In this document: piece by piece, positions 51,544 through 64,000 of the stretch | How the letters are laid out: every line of letters starts with the position of its first letter | Position numbering within the stretch: the stretch's first letter is position 1 | NCBI RefSeq assembly: GCF_009914755.1 | Contig: NC_060925.1 | Length of the DNA stretch: 64,000 bases | Direction: 5' to 3' (one strand) | Source: the human T2T-CHM13v2.0 reference genome, Homo sapiens | Notes under the pieces: model-generated | The model's input: the letters and a program-made list of their open reading frames with translations, nothing else | Databases searched by the model: none | Told to the model about the DNA's origin: nothing | Translations under genes and position numbers: made by a program

Positions 51544-51672
51544 GCTGGGCATGGTAGCAAATGTCTCTAGTCCCAGCTGCTTGGGAGGCTGAGGTGGGAG
51601 GATTGCTTGAGCCCAGGAATTTTTGTGTGGCCTGTGCAACATGGTGAGACCCCATCTCTTAAAAAAAAAAAA
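51544..51672 (+). mobile_element. FAM/FLAM Alu monomer within an L2 remnant
   Basis: Alu monomer with A tail. Confidence 0.75.
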
Positions 51673-52470
51673 GAGAGAGAAAGTGAATAGAAGATAGGCC
51701 TGTAAGGACTATCAGGATGTAAGGAACAAGCCCTCAGATATGTAGGTAGAATTGGAGGAGGAAAAGCAGGATAGGTTACTAAAAGAACAAAGAATTCAAG
51801 ATAATAGAGGCTGTGATACAGTGCTAAATGCTGCCAGGAAGTTGTTCACTCTGTAAACACTGAATGCTGACTCTGCCACTCTTCTAAGTGCTGGAGTAGA
51901 GAGGACAGGTTGAACACAGTTTTTGCCTTTATGAGCTTATGGCCTAATGAAGAAGACATTTTTTTTTTTTCAGGTAGTGGCAAATAGCAAGAAAAGAAAT
52001 TGGGATAAAAGGAAACAGAGTGATTGGAGGAGTTCTTAATTTTAGATCGAATGAGAAGGAGCCTCTCTAGAGAAGTAACATTTGAAAAGTGACCTGACAA
52101 AAGTGAGGAAGGGAAGGAGCACGGACATTACAGGCACTGAGGTGAGTGCCAAGACTGGGACAGAAATGTGTTTCATATGTGTTCAGTGAACATATAGCAA
52201 GGGGGCCAGCATGGTCAGAGTGAGAAATGAGGGAAGTAATGGAGAAGATGAGATCACACAGGCAATGCCATAACTCACAGGGCCTTTTGTCTTGCAGGCC
52301 ATGGGAAGAAGTCAAGTTTTTATTCCAGTTTTATGGGTAACTTTTGTCATATCTTGAGCAGGGGAGTGCAGTGCTCTCAATTTAAGAAGTTATGCTGACT
52401 GCTTTGGGGGGAGTAGACCATAGCAGGGAGGCAAAGTAGAGGCAGAGTAGAAAGTTAAGAAGCAACTAGG

Positions 52471-58907
<6,437 letters not shown>

Positions 58908-59676
58908 AAGAAGCAACTAGGATGATACAGGTGAGCAGTGAAAAATGGCAGCACAGAATCAAAAATATGCAGCCTACCAGTGAAAGTAGACATAGCAGGA
59001 GTTGCACACAGATTGGAACAAGCCAATTCAAATGTATGTATCTGGCCTCACAAGTGGGGAAAATAAAAATGCCCTGTACAAGATTAGGGAAGGCTTGGGG
59101 AGTGGAGCATTGGGATGAAGAGCTCTGGTTTGCAGATGTGAAGGTTGGGCACCTTGGCATGAGGAGTCTCTGGAAAGTGATGGTGGCAGGGGCCAGGTGG
59201 GTTTGGTTAAGGAGAGATGGGAGGTGAGAAGCGGGCACCAGGGCATGATGCTGTGAGCAAATGAGGACATCTCTGGGGGAGTTTTGGAGAGTGGGATGAG
59301 AATAAAGGAAACACAGTCATATTGGGGAAGATTTCGGGCAGAGGGAAAGTCTTCAAAAAGAGGTGATTGCAGGAACAGTGTTCTGCGGAAGTGGGACAGG
59401 ATCAACCACACTGATAAGAGAGTTGGCATAGTGGGAAAAAGGAACTCTCTCTCATTGACCCAGGAAGGCAAGTGGTATCAATGAGTGTCCACAGGTTACC
59501 AGCTTAGCAGTAAAGGCAACAGGCAGTTGAGGGCTTGCCAGTGCTGTTTCAATGCTCTCTAATATCTATAGAACATTAACCTGGGGCAGGAGGTTCATTC
59601 TTAGGATACTTGAGAGTGTGGAGTTTGGGTGCAAGGGAGAAGAATCTAAGAATACATTGTGTTCAAGAGCCATTTT

Positions 59677-59865
59677 GTTTTTGAAAACACTGTTGAGTTT
59701 GGGGAACACTGCCGGATCTGAGTTGCCAACCTAACTTTCAGATACTAAACAAACTCTTAAAATGAACTGTTTTGAAAACACAGTTGGGTTTGGAGAACGT
59801 TGTCAGATCTGAGCTGCCAATCTGATAACCTTCAGACAATAAGCTCTCATAAAATGAACTGTTTT
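59677..59865. repeat. Two-copy ~92-bp tandem duplication
   Basis: ttttgaaaacac..gtttgg..gatctgag.tgccaa..ttcaga..taaaatgaactg occurs twice. Confidence 0.85.
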
Positions 59866-60151
59866 CCTTTTGTCTTGATACATAGTTCAAATGATATATA
59901 GACCATATGCTTCTGCAGAGCACCCTTTGAGGTAACAACACCTCACGGCTTACCTCCATAACCTTTACTCAACTGTTCACTTTACCAAATTCTTTGCAGG
60001 TAGATGTTTGATAGATGTAAAATACTTCATGAGATTTTCTCACAAACTGCTTGGCAAGTTTAGGGAATCCCAAGGATCAGAGACTGACAGCTGTTACTGC
60101 CTTTAAGCCAACAGAATTGACAATGTTGCAGATGATGTAAGACAGAAAATA

Positions 60152-60585
<434 letters not shown>

Positions 60586-61142
60586 TCATGCTGTTCTGCA
60601 CAGCAGCCACTGGGAGGCTCTCTTGGCTAGCTGTTCAAGCTAGCGCCACAGAAGGATTAGTTATTGTGAAAAGGAGAAGATAGCAATGTACTCAGTATCC
60701 CCTGGGTTTTATACAATCAAGCATGACATACCTGTGAAATTCCTATCTACCTGCAAACTAGATATAGCAACACATTGCACAAGGTGGGCACTGAAGTATT
60801 CATTTAACAACTTTAATGCACACTGGGCCTATGCATGTGCTGCCTTTTATGGGTGTGAAGGTAATGACTCCATCTGTCTTCATGATACCCTTGGCTGAGA
60901 TGTCCAGTCATTCCTGTGATCAAAATTGGACTGGAAATTTCTAAGGACAGAGTAGATGGCAGAGACATCTGACTTACAACTGTGATTTGATCTCTTGCTT
61001 TGGCTGACTAAGCAAAATCTGAAGAATATAAAAATAAAAGGCATTTATTTTCTGGCCAAAAACAGAAGTAATCTATCATTCATGCATTCTTATCACAGCA
61101 GCTAAATTGAACTAAAATAAAACATCAGTGCTCTCTTTGCAA

Positions 61143-61307
61143 ATTTACCTGGAAAGGATCTTGACTTATGCTGAAATTGACATTTGTCCATCTAACTGGA
61201 AAAGGATTTCCTTGGGAGTCATTCTTTTTGCCTCCAAGATTATGCATGATCAAGCTGTACAAAGTGGAAAACTGTCAGATCTTCAAGGATATCCCAGTAA
61301 AAGACAT
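61143..61307 (+). pseudogene. Decayed cyclin Y-like cyclin-box exon
   Basis: [39 protein letters not shown], then after a 2-nt deletion [15 protein letters not shown] (recalled CCNYL1 [56 protein letters not shown]); donor gtgagt 61308-61313; acceptor reads ctctctttgcAA. Confidence 0.9.
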
Positions 61308-61734
61308 GTGAGTTTATAAGGTTTTGTTAAACTTTCTAACCGTTTTCAAATACCTCATTTTTTCCCATAAAGTTAACACTTTAAAAATATTTTGAAAGGT
61401 AACATTGTACAGATAATGAAGATAGGTATAAAACTACCTAGTTTTTCTATCCAGATTCAGTATAACAATTCATATTTTTTCATTATTAATGAATAAGTCT
61501 TGATGTGTTACTGTTGCAGTAATCTGCCTGAGAAATTGAAAAGTATTTTCCAGTATTTATTTTTGGCAAGCATCTTACAAGTGTATTACCAGAACAACAC
61601 AGTACAATAAAGATTTTTATGGCTTTCTACAAGCTGTCAGTTTTAGTCATTTTTTAAGGAGTACATGTCTGGCCTTTGAAATAATTGGCTACTGGAGAAG
61701 TTATAACTTCAATGAGTTATACCAAACTTACAGA

Positions 61735-64000
61735 GTGAAAAAGGATATAAGAGAGTACCATAAGCAACTGTACACCAAAAAAATTGAATAACCTAAATAA
61801 AATGAACAAATTTTTAGAAACAAAAAACCTACTAAGACAGAATCAGGAATAGAATAGCTTAATAAACCTATTCATCAAGGAGATTCAGTATGAACATTGC
61901 ATCAGTAACCAAAAACCCAGCAACAAAGAAAAGCCCTAGACCAGATGGCTTCACTGTTGAATTCTACCCAACATTTAAAGCAGAATTAATACCAGTTTTT
62001 CTCAAACTCTTTCAAAAATTTGAAGAGGAGGTAACATTTTCTAACTCATTCTATGAGGCCAGTATTACCCAGACACCAAACACGAGAAAACTACAGACAA
62101 ACATCACTTACAAATGCTGATGCAAAAATCCTCAACAAAATACTAGCAATTTAAATTTAGCAGTACATTAAAAGGATTATACAACATGAATGAGTATAAT
62201 TGACTCCTGAAGTAAAAGTATGCTCCAACACATAAAAATCAATGTAATATCACATTAACGTAAAGAAGAAAAGAAAAAAACGTAAAGAAAAATGTGATTA
62301 TTTTAACCAAAGCAGAAAAAAGTATTTATCAAAATTTAACCCACTTTCATAAAAAATACTCAAGAAACTATAAACAGAAAGGAAAGACCTTAACATGTTA
62401 TACATTAAAAAAAAAAAACACACGGTTAACATAATGGTGAAAGCTTTTATCCTAAGAGCAAAAACAAGGATGCCTGCTTTTACCACTTCTATTTAACATA
62501 GTATGGAAGATTCTAGTTAGAGCAATAAGGCAAGAAAAAGAATAAAAAATTCCAACTAAAAAGAAAAGGTAAAAGTATCTGTTTGCAGATGATATAAACT
62601 TGTATATTAAAAATCCTATAGTTTTTGTGAAAGAAACTGTCAGAAGCAATAAATAAAATTCAACAAAGCTGCAGGATACAAAATTAATACATAAAATCAT
62701 TTGTATTTCTACAATAACAATAAACTATATCATTTATGATACCATCAAAATAATACTTAGAAACCAACTTAACCAAGGTAATGAAAAACCTGTACAGTGA
62801 AAACTATAAACATTGCAGAAAGATATTAAAGATGACTCAAATGAAAAGACACTATGTGTTTATGGATTGGAAGACAAAACCTTGTCAAGATGTCATTGTT
62901 ATCTATAGTCATCTACAGATTCAATGAAATTCCTTTAAAAATCCCAACATTTGCAAAAGTAGAAAAACCTATTCTAAAATTCAGACGAAATCTCAAAAAA
63001 ACCCAAGAGTCCCAATCTATATTAAAATAAATGAAGTTAGAGGATTAACGCCTCGTGGTTTTGAACTTACTACAATGCTTCAGTACCCAAAAAATGTTGT
63101 ACCAGCATAGAGACAGACATAAAGACCAAGGCAATATTGGTCATAATTTTCAACAAGGGAGCCAAAACTATTCAATGAGAAAGGACAGTATTTTTTAAAT
63201 AGTGCTAGAAAAACTGGATATTTACATGGAAAAGAATGATGTTGAACCCTTACTTTACACCATGTACAAAACAATTAAAAATGGATCAAACATCTAATTG
63301 TAAGAGCTAAAACTATAAAACCCTTAGAAGAAAGCATAGGGAAAAAGTTTCATAACATAGAATCTGGCAACAATTTCTTGGATATGACAGTGAAAGTGCA
63401 GGCAACAACAACAAAATACATAAAAATAACTTTATTAAAGTTAAGACCTTTTGTGTGTCTGAAGATACAATCAATAGATTGAAAATACAATTCACAGAGG
63501 GGGAGAAAATATCCACACATTATATATCTGATAAGTAATTAATATCCAGGCTATATAAAGACCTCAGCAACAACAACAACAAAATCAAATTTAAAAATGA
63601 GCAAAGGTTTTAAAATACACATTTCTTTAAAGAAGATATACAAATGACCAGTAAGCACAGGTGAGGTGCTCAGCATCAATTATCATGAGAACAATGTAAA
63701 TCAAAAGCACAATGCAATACCAACTGACACATATAAGTATAGCTACCATAAAAAAAACAACCAACAACAAACCAAAACAAACAACAAAAACCCAGAGAAC
63801 AGCAAATGCTAGATGTGGAGAAGTCAGAACTCTTGCATACTACTGGTGGGAAAGTAAAATGGCAGAGCTACTATGGAAAACAGTAATCACCATATGATCT
63901 AGCAATTCTACTTCTGGGTATATACCTAAAAGAACTGAAAGCAGGAATTTGCACAGATATTTGCACACCCATGTTTATAGCAGCACTCACAATAGCCAAA
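61735..64000 (+). mobile_element. Old 5'-truncated L1 (L1M/L1PB-type) ORF2 remnant running off the window
   Basis: [40 protein letters not shown]; tctgtttgcagatgatat; many stops. Confidence 0.88.

Noticed and set aside
60666-60750. Possible CCNYL middle-exon match (VKRRR..SVSPG versus REKRK..HVSPG)
   Set aside because: Only a few residues in different frames with no convincing splice context; indistinguishable from chance by eye.

Overview
Primate (human-like) repeat-rich DNA. No intact protein-coding gene can be supported. It holds processed retrocopies of RPS18 (9344-9900, disabled) and BTF3 (12796-13500, open ORF with a 56-codon in-frame deletion). From memory this pair fits RPS18P3/BTF3P9 on 1q42.13, which I have not verified. 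Mobile elements include about 40 Alu pieces, MIR/L2, MER5A and MER44A DNA transposons, MSTA/THE1/MER50/LTR16A LTRs, an HERV-L fragment with an MLT2 LTR, a two-LTR MaLR element and a full-length dead L1PA7-like element. A small orphan CpG island lies at about 26.3-27.0 kb. The standout is a 3.1 kb array (42829-45962) of about 20.5 diverged 156-bp (52-codon) units. Each unit is a copy of the 5'UTR/start-codon segment of a cyclin Y-like (CCNYL1-family) first exon. About 15 kb downstream, on the same strand, is one intron-flanked, decayed CCNYL cyclin-box exon (61143-61307). Together they suggest an unprocessed CCNYL pseudogene whose N-terminal lipidation-motif exon was amplified into a minisatellite. 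Repeat-family names and parent-gene comparisons come from recalled consensus sequences, not from a search.
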